DNA of 32,000 nucleotides from Erysipelotrichaceae bacterium (GTDB lineage Bacteria; Bacillota_I; Bacilli_A; Erysipelotrichales; Coprobacillaceae). Positions 23,223 to 31,810 of the stretch are shown piece by piece (position 1 is the first letter of the stretch; each line of letters starts with the position of its first letter). The notes below the pieces were generated by a model. It worked only from the letters and a program-made list of their open reading frames with translations, was not told the DNA's origin and searched no databases. The position numbers were made by a program, and so were the translations under genes. Location of the stretch: the NCBI GenBank assembly GCA_028698185.1, contig JAQVDW010000011.1, positions 16,575-48,574 on the forward strand. The letters are read 5' to 3'.

Positions 23223-24746
23223 ATGAAAACGGAATATAAAACCTTGGCGCATATCCGCCATCAAGTATTTGAAGAAGTGGCCAGGATCGCCTACAACGGC
23301 AACGATTTTTCGCAGATCGAATCGCTGCCTTACAAGATAATACCCGGGGAGGTGGCGACTTATCGCGACTCCATCTTTCTCGAGCGGGCCATCATCGGCG
23401 AGCGAATCCGCTTGGCCATGGGGCTAAGTCTCCGTCCGGTGGCGATGCCCGAACCGATCTCCAAGGACATCGAGGAGGCGCTGATTGCGGAAAAATACTA
23501 CGAGCCGCCGCTGATCAACGTCATCAAGTTCGCCTGCAACGCCTGCAAGACCAAGGGGTATGAGGTTTCCAACGGCTGCCAGGGCTGCCTGGCCCATCCT
23601 TGCATCGAAGTCTGCCCGAAAAACTGCATCAGCTTCGTCAACGGCAAGGCGTTCATCGACCAGGATAAATGCATCAAATGCGGCCTGTGCCACCAGGCCT
23701 GTCCGTACGGGGCCATCCTGAAACACGAACGGCCCTGCGCCCTGGCGTGTGGCATGGATGCCATCGGCTCCGACGAGTTCAACCGGGCCGATATCGACTA
23801 CGACAAATGTGTCAGCTGCGGGATGTGCCTGGTCAACTGTCCGTTTGGGGCAATCGCCGACAAGTCGCAGATCGTCCAGCTGATCCAGGCGATCAATTCG
23901 AACCATGAGGTCATCGCCGTCGTGGCGCCTTCATTCGAGGGACAGTTCGGCCGCAACATCACTTTTGGGGCTTTCAAGCAGGCCATGAGACAAAGCGGCT
24001 TCGCTGATGTGGTCGAGGTGGCGATCGGCGCCGACCTTTGCACCATCGAGGAAGCCGAGGACTTTTTGCACAAGGTCCCTTCCAGCCAGCCGTTCATGGC
24101 GACATCATGCTGTCCGTCATGGTCGATGATGGCCAAGAAGCAGTTCCCGGAATTCGAAGGCTACATCTCGATGGCCCTCACGCCGATGGTTTTGACCGCC
24201 AGGCTGGTACGGGAATCGCATCCCGATGCCAAAATCGTCTTTGTCGGGCCGTGCTCGGCAAAAAAACTCGAAGCTTCGCGCAAGTCGGTCCGTTCTGAAG
24301 TCGATTTTGTCATCACCTTCGAGGAACTCGCGGGGATGTTCTCGGCTAAAGATATCGACATCACCAAAATCGATGATGCAACAGGGCTTGACAACTCCGC
24401 GACAAGGGACGGCCGGGGCTTTGCGGTCGGTGGCGGGGTCGCCAATGCGGTGGCCAACCTGATCAAGAAGAAAAACCCGGAAATGGATGTCAAGATCAAA
24501 AGCGCCGATGGCCTGCGCGAGTGCAACCAGATGCTTAAGGATGCCAAAAAGGGGCTTTATGATGGCTATCTGCTTGAAGGAATGGGATGTCCGGGCGGCT
24601 GCGTGGCCGGAGCGGGATGTTACTCGAATTCAAGGATGTCCGCATTGGCGGTAAAAAAGGCGGCCGGGGCATCCCAGCTCAAGACCAGCGACGAGTCGAT
24701 CTATTCCGATTATCTCTATCTGCTAAGTGGAAACGAAAAAAAATGA
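23223..24746 (+). CDS. Monomeric [FeFe] hydrogenase (group B-like) with N-terminal ferredoxin-type Fe-S domains
   Basis: H-cluster motifs: L1 MATSCCPSW, L2 VGPCSAKKLE, L3 LEGMGCPGGCVAG. Two CxxCxxCxxxCP ferredoxin motifs (CIKCGLCHQACP, CVSCGMCLVNCP) plus an extra Cys cluster, CNACKTKGYEVSNGCQGCLAHPC. ATG 23223 follows AAGGGAGGA. Confidence 0.85.
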   Translation: MKTEYKTLAHIRHQVFEEVARIAYNGNDFSQIESLPYKIIPGEVATYRDSIFLERAIIGERIRLAMGLSLRPVAMPEPISKDIEEALIAEKYYEPPLINVIKFACNACKTKGYEVSNGCQGCLAHPCIEVCPKNCISFVNGKAFIDQDKCIKCGLCHQACPYGAILKHERPCALACGMDAIGSDEFNRADIDYDKCVSCGMCLVNCPFGAIADKSQIVQLIQAINSNHEVIAVVAPSFEGQFGRNITFGAFKQAMRQSGFADVVEVAIGADLCTIEEAEDFLHKVPSSQPFMATSCCPSWSMMAKKQFPEFEGYISMALTPMVLTARLVRESHPDAKIVFVGPCSAKKLEASRKSVRSEVDFVITFEELAGMFSAKDIDITKIDDATGLDNSATRDGRGFAVGGGVANAVANLIKKKNPEMDVKIKSADGLRECNQMLKDAKKGLYDGYLLEGMGCPGGCVAGAGCYSNSRMSALAVKKAAGASQLKTSDESIYSDYLYLLSGNEKK

Positions 24747-24774
24747 GGCCGGCAGCCGGCCCCATCGGGGATGA

Positions 24775-25338
24775 ATGATGAAGAGAATAGACTATAACGC
24801 CCCGGTTGTCCTGAGCTTCTTTTTCCTGAGCTTTTTCGCCCTGGTGCTTGGCACCGTGACCAGGGGCAATTCCAATATTCTTCTGTTTAGCGTCTACCGG
24901 GCGCCCTTGACCAATCCGCTGACGTTTTTCAGGATTTTTGCCCATGTGCTAGGCCACAGTTCGCTAAGCCACTTCTCCTCGAACATGATGCTCTGGCTCA
25001 TTGTCGGGCCCAACCTCGAGGAAAAGTACGGTTCAAAAAATCTGGCGACGATGATCGTGATCACGGCCGTTGCCACCGGCATCATCCAGATGCTGTTTTT
25101 CCCGACCATCCTGCTTGGGGCCAGCGGGGTCGTCTTCATGGCGATCATCCTGGCTTCGTTTGGCAGGATTTCAAACGGGAAGATCCCGATGACTCTGGTC
25201 ATGGTTGTCTTGATTTATCTTGGCAATGAGATCTATCTGGCGCTTTTTGTCAACGACAATATTTCCCAGATCACCCATATCGTGGGCGGATTGCTCGGGA
25301 TGGTTTTCGGTTTTTATCTAAATCCTAGCCAAAAATGA
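24775..25338 (+). CDS. Rhomboid-family intramembrane serine protease
   Basis: Contains HVLGHSSLSHFSSNM (HxxxxHxxxN), catalytic GASG and THIVGGLLG (the His motif). The protein is polytopic. The start could be 24775 or 24778. Confidence 0.8.
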   Translation: MMKRIDYNAPVVLSFFFLSFFALVLGTVTRGNSNILLFSVYRAPLTNPLTFFRIFAHVLGHSSLSHFSSNMMLWLIVGPNLEEKYGSKNLATMIVITAVATGIIQMLFFPTILLGASGVVFMAIILASFGRISNGKIPMTLVMVVLIYLGNEIYLALFVNDNISQITHIVGGLLGMVFGFYLNPSQK

Positions 25339-26233
25339 CAAGCAAGCCCATCATCAATATCAAAGATATCAATGTAGAAAGTGTCGCCACAATCGGCGGC
25401 ACCTTGCTTTTGGCGTCGATGGCGATGCTGTAGATGACCGCGATGACCGGGGTCGGGGTGACCAGGGCCAAAGCGATGATCAACTTGGCGGTAGATTCGA
25501 TTGGAAGAACCATGAACAGGGCGAGGATGGCCAGGTTCCCGGCGTATTTGGCCACCAGTGTCTTGAAGACCGATTTGAGTGCGGCCTTGTCGAGGGTGAA
25601 ATTGAGCTTGATCCCGATCAAAGCCATGCACAAAAACGAATTGGCGGCTGCGGGAATTGCGGCGATATCGATGACCCGGGTCGGCAGGACGATGCCCAAA
25701 AGCCCCAGGGCGATCATGAAAAAGTAGGTCATGAAGGGAATCGAACGGACGCAGTGGCCTATGATCTGCCTGATCAGCGATCCGCCGCTTTTGTTTATCT
25801 GCGCCAAAGCCAGGGCGTTGTTGCCCCCGAAGACCATCAGCGAATTCCCGATGTCGAAGAAAATCAGGTACATGATGGCCCAGGTCGGAAAGATGCCCGA
25901 GACAATCGGCATCAAGAACAACCCGTTGTTGTAGCCCGACGCATTGATCATCGAGATGGCCCGGATGTTTCCGGGTTCTTTTCGGTTGATAAGATAAGCC
26001 ACGCCGTTGACGACAAACGGACCGGCCAGCCCCAAAAAGATGTAGGGAACCAGACCCCATGAAAGAGTGATGCCGTTGGTCGCGGTGATCAAGAAGGCCG
26101 GCAGGGTCACCTTCATGACGATGTGGCTGAGCATCACCCCGTCGCTTTCCTTGACGACTCCGGCCCGCTTGATGGCGTAGCCGATGATTATGATCGAGAT
26201 GAAACTGATCATTTTAAAAATCATTGCATTCAT
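25325..26233 (-). CDS. AEC (auxin efflux carrier) family transporter
   Basis: 302-aa polytopic protein in the style of the membrane-transport (PF03547) family (two 5-TM halves). ATG 26233 follows AAGGAGGTTCAT. The 3' end overlaps the rhomboid 3' end by 14 nt. Confidence 0.75.
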   Translation of the reverse strand: MNAMIFKMISFISIIIIGYAIKRAGVVKESDGVMLSHIVMKVTLPAFLITATNGITLSWGLVPYIFLGLAGPFVVNGVAYLINRKEPGNIRAISMINASGYNNGLFLMPIVSGIFPTWAIMYLIFFDIGNSLMVFGGNNALALAQINKSGGSLIRQIIGHCVRSIPFMTYFFMIALGLLGIVLPTRVIDIAAIPAAANSFLCMALIGIKLNFTLDKAALKSVFKTLVAKYAGNLAILALFMVLPIESTAKLIIALALVTPTPVIAVIYSIAIDAKSKVPPIVATLSTLISLILMMGLLVIFG

Positions 26234-26345
26234 ATGAACCTCCTTTTTGTAATATGAATTATAGCGTATCTCGCCGCTTTTGGCATCGATTTTTACAATC
26301 TGAAAAACCAAAAGGGAATCAGAGCCGATTGATAAGGTGGATTGT

Positions 26346-26373
26346 TTGACTTAAGTATCTTAAAAAGTATAAT
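26346..26373 (+). promoter_or_regulatory. Sigma-A-like promoter for the CoA-binding/pnt operon
   Basis: TTGACT, then 16 nt, then TATAAT. Confidence 0.6.
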
Positions 26374-26393
26374 TAAAATAAGGAGGGACTTAC

Positions 26394-26777
26394 ATGAATC
26401 TCGAAGAAGTAATGAAATATGACAATTTTGTAGTTCTGGGCAATACAATCGACAAGAACAAATACGCCTGCAAGATCAAGAACCGGCTGCTTGATTGCGG
26501 CTACAATGCCGTGGGCGTCTATAAGGAACTCGAGTCATTGAATGACGTGGATTTCGATATCGAGGTCCTCGATCTTTGCATCAACCATCATCTAGGTATC
26601 AAGTTCCTAAAAGAAAACAAGAAGCCGATCAAAGTGGTGGTGATCCAGCCCAATGCCGGATCTAAGGAAATCACGGATTTTCTTGACGATAGGGGGATCC
26701 CCTATATAGACGGCTGCCTGCTTGTGGGCTGCTCGCTGCTAAACAAACATATAAAAGGGAGGATAACCAATGAATAA
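26394..26777 (+). CDS. CoA-binding domain protein (CoA_binding_2 / YccU-like)
   Basis: 127 aa. Rossmann-like pattern: NFVVLGNT..NKYACKI...L...GYNAVGV...VDFDIEVLDL...IKVVVIQPNAGS...GIPYIDGC. SD AAGGAGGGA. The stop overlaps the pntAA start by 8 nt. Confidence 0.6.
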   Translation: MNLEEVMKYDNFVVLGNTIDKNKYACKIKNRLLDCGYNAVGVYKELESLNDVDFDIEVLDLCINHHLGIKFLKENKKPIKVVVIQPNAGSKEITDFLDDRGIPYIDGCLLVGCSLLNKHIKGRITNE

Positions 26778-27900
26778 GATTCTTGTGTGTGTCGAACCGG
26801 AAGAAGAAACCAGGGTCGCCCTGATTCCCGCCGACATCAAAAAGCTGATCGCCATGAACCTTGATGTCGCCGTTGTCTCTGGTGCGGGAGTGAAATCAGG
26901 TTTCAGTGACGATGACTATGTCCAAGCGGGGGCAACAATCGTCGCCACCAATGAGGAAGGCTACAGCGTATCCGATATTGTTGTGCGGATCATCAAGCCC
27001 GATTCGGTGGCGGGATTAAGCGAAAATACCCTCCACGTGAGCTATCTCGACCCGTTCAATGAAAAGCAACTGCTAAGCGAAATGGTCGCCCAAAAAGTCC
27101 AGGCGGTATCGCTGGAAATGATTCCAAGGACCACCCTGGCCCAGAAAATGGATGTCCAGTCATCGCAGACGTCCCTGGCGGGCTATGTCGCGGTTGTCAA
27201 TGCGGCAACCAAGCTGCCCAAGATTTTTCCGATGATGATGACTCCGGCAGGAACGATTTCTCCAGCCAAGGTTTTCATAATCGGCGTGGGCGTGGCCGGA
27301 TTGCAGGCTATCGCGACCGCCAAACGGCTCGGGGCGCGGGTCGAAGCTTTCGACACCCGTCCGGTAGTCGAGGAACAGGTCAAGTCGCTTGGAGCCAAAT
27401 TCGTCAAGATCGATCTGGGCGAAATGGGGCAGACCGAGCAGGGCTATGCCAAGGAGCTGACCCCTGAGCAGATCGCCATCCAGCGCGAAGGACAGGCCAA
27501 GGTCTGCGAAAAGTCGGATATCGTCATCACCACCGCCAAGCTGTTTGGCCGCAAGGCACCGATTCTGGTGACCGAAGCGATGCTCGACCGGATGGCGCCG
27601 GGATCGGTCGTGGTCGATATGGCGGTTTCAACCGGCGGCAATGTCGAAGGTTCGCGCCTTGACCGGGATGTGATCAGGCCCAATGGCGTCCGGATAATAT
27701 CGGGCGACATGCTTGAACGCCAGGTCCCTTATGATGCATCCAAAATGCTTTCAGGCAACATCTTTTCCTTCTTGAGCCATTTCTATGACAAGGAAGCCAA
27801 AGTTGTCAAAGTCGATTTGGAAGATGAAATCATGAAAGGATGTCTGATCACCCAAGGCGGCCAGATCATCCATGACTGGTTCAAAGAAAAGAAACAATAG
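26770..27900 (+). CDS. pntAA: NAD(P) transhydrogenase subunit alpha, part 1 (dI)
   Basis: AlaDH/PNT fold with the NAD-binding motif VFIIGVGVAGLQAIATAKRLGA. About 375 aa, followed by the small alpha-2 subunit and the beta subunit. Confidence 0.9.
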   Translation: MNKILVCVEPEEETRVALIPADIKKLIAMNLDVAVVSGAGVKSGFSDDDYVQAGATIVATNEEGYSVSDIVVRIIKPDSVAGLSENTLHVSYLDPFNEKQLLSEMVAQKVQAVSLEMIPRTTLAQKMDVQSSQTSLAGYVAVVNAATKLPKIFPMMMTPAGTISPAKVFIIGVGVAGLQAIATAKRLGARVEAFDTRPVVEEQVKSLGAKFVKIDLGEMGQTEQGYAKELTPEQIAIQREGQAKVCEKSDIVITTAKLFGRKAPILVTEAMLDRMAPGSVVVDMAVSTGGNVEGSRLDRDVIRPNGVRIISGDMLERQVPYDASKMLSGNIFSFLSHFYDKEAKVVKVDLEDEIMKGCLITQGGQIIHDWFKEKKQ

Positions 27901-27911
27901 GAGGGCATGTT

Positions 27912-28199
27912 ATGAGTATCATGTTAATATTCGTCTTTGTGATCGCCGGCTTTTTGGGAGTCGAGCTGATCTCCAAAGTCCCATCGCAACTGCATACCCC
28001 TTTGATGTCCGGGACCAATGCGATTTCGGGGATCACCATCGTCGGGGCCATCTCGGTGGCCGCAATCAACATCCCCGGAACGGTCGGGAATATCCTGGGC
28101 TTTCTGGCAATTGTCCTGGCGACCATCAATGTGGTCGGTGGTTACCTGGTGACCGACAGGATGTTGGGGATGTTCAAGAAAAAGGGGGATGACAAATAA
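27912..28199 (+). CDS. pntAB: NAD(P) transhydrogenase subunit alpha, part 2 (membrane)
   Basis: 95-aa, 3-TM protein (..HTPLMSGTNAISGI..). SD AGGAGGG. The TAATG overlaps the pntB start. Confidence 0.88.
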   Translation: MSIMLIFVFVIAGFLGVELISKVPSQLHTPLMSGTNAISGITIVGAISVAAINIPGTVGNILGFLAIVLATINVVGGYLVTDRMLGMFKKKGDDK

Positions 28200-29620
28200 T
28201 GAACAGCACAGTTATCGCGCTTTTGTATATCGTTTCGAGCGTCTTTTTCATCCGGGGCATCAAGCTTTTGGGGAAAACGGCGACCGCCCGCAAGGGCAAC
28301 CAGATTTCCGCGATCGGGATGGCCATTGCGGTAGTCACCGTAATGATCCAGAAGGAAGTCATGGGTTCATGGTCTTCGAACATCATGGCCAATGGTTATT
28401 TCTACATAATCGTGGCCATTGCTTTGGGATCGCTTATCGGGGCGATCTGGGCAAACAGGGTCCAGATGACCGGAATGCCAGAGCTTGTGGCATTGTTCAA
28501 CGGGTTTGGCGGCTTGTCATCGCTTCTGGTGGCGCTGTCGCAGTATGTGTATGAAAGTTCCAACGCCATCGCCCATGATCTGATCACCGGGATTTCGCTG
28601 GGGCTGACCATCGCCATCGGGGCGATTGCCTTTACCGGTTCGATCGTGGCCTGGGGCAAACTCTCAGGCAAGATGTTCAAGAAACCTTTCAATGTGCCGG
28701 CCAAAAACCAGCTCAACGGTTTTGTGGCGGTGCTGGGGCTTGTTGCCATCGGTTTCTATGCCATTTCCACCAACGTCTATGGCGGAATGGTGGCGGTGCT
28801 TTTTGCCACCGGACTGTTTTTGCTTCTTGGTTTCACAATCACGATCACCATCGGCGGAGGGGACATGCCCGTTGTCATTTCCCTGCTTAACTCGCTTTCG
28901 GGAATCGCGGCGGCCTTTGCCGGTTTCACCATCAACAACACGGTTCTTGTCGTGGCCGGATGTCTGGTCGGGGCTTCGGGTCTGATCTTGACTTTGATCA
29001 TGTGCAAGGCCATGAACAAGTCGCTTCTCGCCCTCCTTTTTGCAACCGCGAGCGGGGCCAAAAAGTCCCAGGCGGCCGGGGAAGCCAAGGAGCCAAAAGC
29101 GGCGAGCGTCGAAGATGCCTATCTGGTGCTTGAAGCGGCCAGCAGCGTGGTCTTCATTCCCGGATATGGGATGGCCGTCGCCCAGGCGCAACATGCGGTC
29201 AAGGAACTGGCCGAAAAGCTCGAACAAAACGGCTGCGAAGTCAACTTCGCGATCCATCCGGTTGCCGGGCGGATGCCGGGGCATATGAACGTCCTGCTTG
29301 CCGAAGCTGACGTGGCTTACGAACAGCTCAAGACAATGGATGAGATGAATCCCCAGATGGCCAATCAGGATGTGGCGATCGTCATTGGAGCCAATGACGT
29401 TGTCAATCCGGCGGCCCTCGATGATGAAAGCTCTCCGATTTACGGGATGCCGATCATCAACGCCTTCGAGGCTCGGACCGTATTCGTTCTCAAACGGGGT
29501 AAGGGTACCGGATTCTCGGGAATCGAGAACCCGCTGTTCACCAATGACAACACCCTGATGATCTACGGGGATGCCAAAAACACCATCTCTTCGCTGGCCA
29601 GCGAGTTTGATGACGACTAA
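28199..29620 (+). CDS. pntB: NAD(P) transhydrogenase subunit beta
   Basis: Polytopic N-terminus plus a C-terminal dIII domain (VVFIPGYGMAVAQAQH..HPVAGRMPGHMNVLLAEA..GANDVVNP). Confidence 0.92.
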   Translation: MNSTVIALLYIVSSVFFIRGIKLLGKTATARKGNQISAIGMAIAVVTVMIQKEVMGSWSSNIMANGYFYIIVAIALGSLIGAIWANRVQMTGMPELVALFNGFGGLSSLLVALSQYVYESSNAIAHDLITGISLGLTIAIGAIAFTGSIVAWGKLSGKMFKKPFNVPAKNQLNGFVAVLGLVAIGFYAISTNVYGGMVAVLFATGLFLLLGFTITITIGGGDMPVVISLLNSLSGIAAAFAGFTINNTVLVVAGCLVGASGLILTLIMCKAMNKSLLALLFATASGAKKSQAAGEAKEPKAASVEDAYLVLEAASSVVFIPGYGMAVAQAQHAVKELAEKLEQNGCEVNFAIHPVAGRMPGHMNVLLAEADVAYEQLKTMDEMNPQMANQDVAIVIGANDVVNPAALDDESSPIYGMPIINAFEARTVFVLKRGKGTGFSGIENPLFTNDNTLMIYGDAKNTISSLASEFDDD

Positions 29621-29643
29621 AGACAGCAAGCCTGTCTTTTTTT
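29621..29643 (+). terminator. Intrinsic terminator after pntB
   Basis: AGACAG-CAAGC-CTGTCT followed by TTTTTT. Confidence 0.8.
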
Positions 29644-29690
29644 GCGTAAAGGGCAAATTTAGGGATAAAGCCAAGCGATAAGGCAAATTG

Positions 29691-29718
29691 ATTGTAAAAA
29701 AAGCGAACTTTGGTATAA
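29691..29718 (+). promoter_or_regulatory. Sigma-A-like promoter for the ABC exporter
   Basis: TTGTAA, then 16 nt, then TATAAT preceded by TGG (extended -10). Confidence 0.6.
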
Positions 29719-29742
29719 TGGGGTGACAATGGGGGTGAACCA

Positions 29743-31485
29743 ATGAAAAATATGCGAAAATTTCTTTCTTACTACCGGCCTTATAAAAAACTGTTTGTGC
29801 TTGACATGTTCTTCGCCCTGGTCGGGGCGCTGGTAACGCTGGCATATCCGCTGGTGACCAGATACATCACCGGCGAGTTTCTGTCCGCGAGCGAACTGCA
29901 GCTAGGGACGCTGGCGATCTTTGTGGCAGTCTATGTCGCACTGGTTGTCATCGAGTATTTCTCGAACCTTTTCATCACGAATTACGGCCACAATATGGGG
30001 GCCTATATGGAAAGCGACCTGCGCGACGAGCTGTTCGAGCATTACCAGAAGCTCTCGTTTGGCTTCTATGACCAGAACAATACCGGGGTGCTCATGTCAC
30101 GGATTACCAACGACCTGTTCGCCTTGACCGAACTTTATCACCATGGGCCCGAGGATATCGTGATCTCGGCAATCAAGTTTCTCGGGGCTTTTGCCATCCT
30201 GCTTTTCATCAATGTCCCGCTGACCCTGATCATCTTCTCGTTCATTCCGGTGATGATCATCTTCATGTTGCGGTACAATTCCAAGATGAAGCAGGCCTTC
30301 AAGGCCAACCGGGCGAAAATCGGGGATATCAACGCCCGGGTCGAGGACAACCTTGCAGGTATCCGGGTGGTCAAGAGTTTTTCCAACGAAGCCGACGAGA
30401 TCGAAAAGTTCTATCAGTCCAACCAGCGATTTGTCAAGACCAAGGAGGACAGCTATTACTACCTGGGCCGTTACTTTTCCGGGCTGACCGCCTTCACGAG
30501 CCTCATCTCGGGGACGACGCTTTTTGCCGGGGCCTTTTTCGTGGCCCGGGGCAGCATCTCCCTGCCTGATCTGGTGGCCTATATCATGTACAGCGCCAAT
30601 CTGATCGATCCCATCAAGCGGTTCATGAACTTCACCGAGCAGTTCCAAAGCGGGATAACCGGCTTCGAAAGATTCATGGAGATCATCGAGGTTAAACCGG
30701 ACATCGAGGACAGACCGGATGCGGTTGTCCTCAAGGATGTAAAAGGGGTGATCGATTTTAAAGATGTGGCTTTTCGCTACAACGACAAGAGCGACTATGT
30801 CCTCAAGAACCTTGATTTGCATCTCGACAGCGGCGAGTATATCGCCCTGGTCGGGTCTTCGGGAGCCGGCAAGACGACCATCTGTTCCCTGCTGCCCCGG
30901 TTCTATGAGATAACCAGCGGCAAGATCACCATCGATGGCACCGACATCAGGGACGTCACCCAGGCAAGCCTGCGGGCGAATATCGGGATTGTCCAGCAGG
31001 ATGTCTACCTCTTCACAGGAACGATCATGGACAACATCCGCTATGGTGATCTTGATGCCAGTGACGAGGAGGTCATGGCGGCGGCCAGGCAGGCCAATGC
31101 CCACGAGTTCATCATGGAACTCGAAAACGGCTACCAGACCGATATCGGCCAGCGGGGGGTACGCCTTTCTGGCGGACAGAAACAGCGCATTTCGATTGCC
31201 CGGGTGTTCTTGAAAAATCCGCCGATCCTCATTTTCGATGAGGCGACCAGCGCCCTTGACAATGAGAGCGAACGGATCGTCCAGGAAAGCCTTGAAAAGC
31301 TGGCCAAGAATAGGACCACCATCGTCATCGCCCACCGCCTGTCGACAATCAAGAACGCCTCGAGAATCTGCGTGGTCACCAATGAGGGCATCGAGGAAAG
31401 CGGGACCCACGAACAGCTCCTCGAGCGCAACGGCACCTACGCTTACCTTTACAATATGCAATTCAAGGAATCTCAAAGCGAGTAG
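29743..31485 (+). CDS. ABC exporter, fused permease/ATPase (MsbA/multidrug type)
   Basis: Six-TM N-terminal domain. Walker A GSSGAGKTT, signature LSGGQKQR, Walker B ILIFDEATSALD and H-loop IAHRLST. Confidence 0.9.
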   Translation: MKNMRKFLSYYRPYKKLFVLDMFFALVGALVTLAYPLVTRYITGEFLSASELQLGTLAIFVAVYVALVVIEYFSNLFITNYGHNMGAYMESDLRDELFEHYQKLSFGFYDQNNTGVLMSRITNDLFALTELYHHGPEDIVISAIKFLGAFAILLFINVPLTLIIFSFIPVMIIFMLRYNSKMKQAFKANRAKIGDINARVEDNLAGIRVVKSFSNEADEIEKFYQSNQRFVKTKEDSYYYLGRYFSGLTAFTSLISGTTLFAGAFFVARGSISLPDLVAYIMYSANLIDPIKRFMNFTEQFQSGITGFERFMEIIEVKPDIEDRPDAVVLKDVKGVIDFKDVAFRYNDKSDYVLKNLDLHLDSGEYIALVGSSGAGKTTICSLLPRFYEITSGKITIDGTDIRDVTQASLRANIGIVQQDVYLFTGTIMDNIRYGDLDASDEEVMAAARQANAHEFIMELENGYQTDIGQRGVRLSGGQKQRISIARVFLKNPPILIFDEATSALDNESERIVQESLEKLAKNRTTIVIAHRLSTIKNASRICVVTNEGIEESGTHEQLLERNGTYAYLYNMQFKESQSE

Positions 31486-31514
31486 CCTGGCAAACAGGCG
31501 GCTTATCAAATCGT

Positions 31515-31543
31515 TTGCATTTGCCCCTCACTTGGCGTAAAAT
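31515..31543 (+). promoter_or_regulatory. Candidate promoter for the NifU-like gene
   Basis: TTGCAT, then 17 nt, then TAAAAT. Confidence 0.5.
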
Positions 31544-31567
31544 GGATTTTGTGACTGGAGGATCAAT

Positions 31568-31810
31568 ATGGAAGAAGTAGTAGAACAGATAAAAGCGGTA
31601 TTGAATAAAATCCGTCCCTATCTCAACCGGGATGGCGGCGATATCGAATATGTGGATTTTGTCGACGGGATTGTCTATGTGCGGATGCTTGGAGCGTGCG
31701 CGGGATGCGGCATGATCGAATCGACCCTTTATGACGGAGTGCAGCAGATCCTGATGGAAGAAGTGCCCCAGGTCATCGGGGTCGAAAACGTGATTGGCAA
31801 CCTGATCTAG
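31568..31810 (+). CDS. NifU C-terminal-domain (Nfu-type) Fe-S cluster carrier
   Basis: 80 aa with IRPYLNRDGGDIEYV and the CxxC motif GACAGCGM. SD TGGAGGA. Confidence 0.85.
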   Translation: MEEVVEQIKAVLNKIRPYLNRDGGDIEYVDFVDGIVYVRMLGACAGCGMIESTLYDGVQQILMEEVPQVIGVENVIGNLI

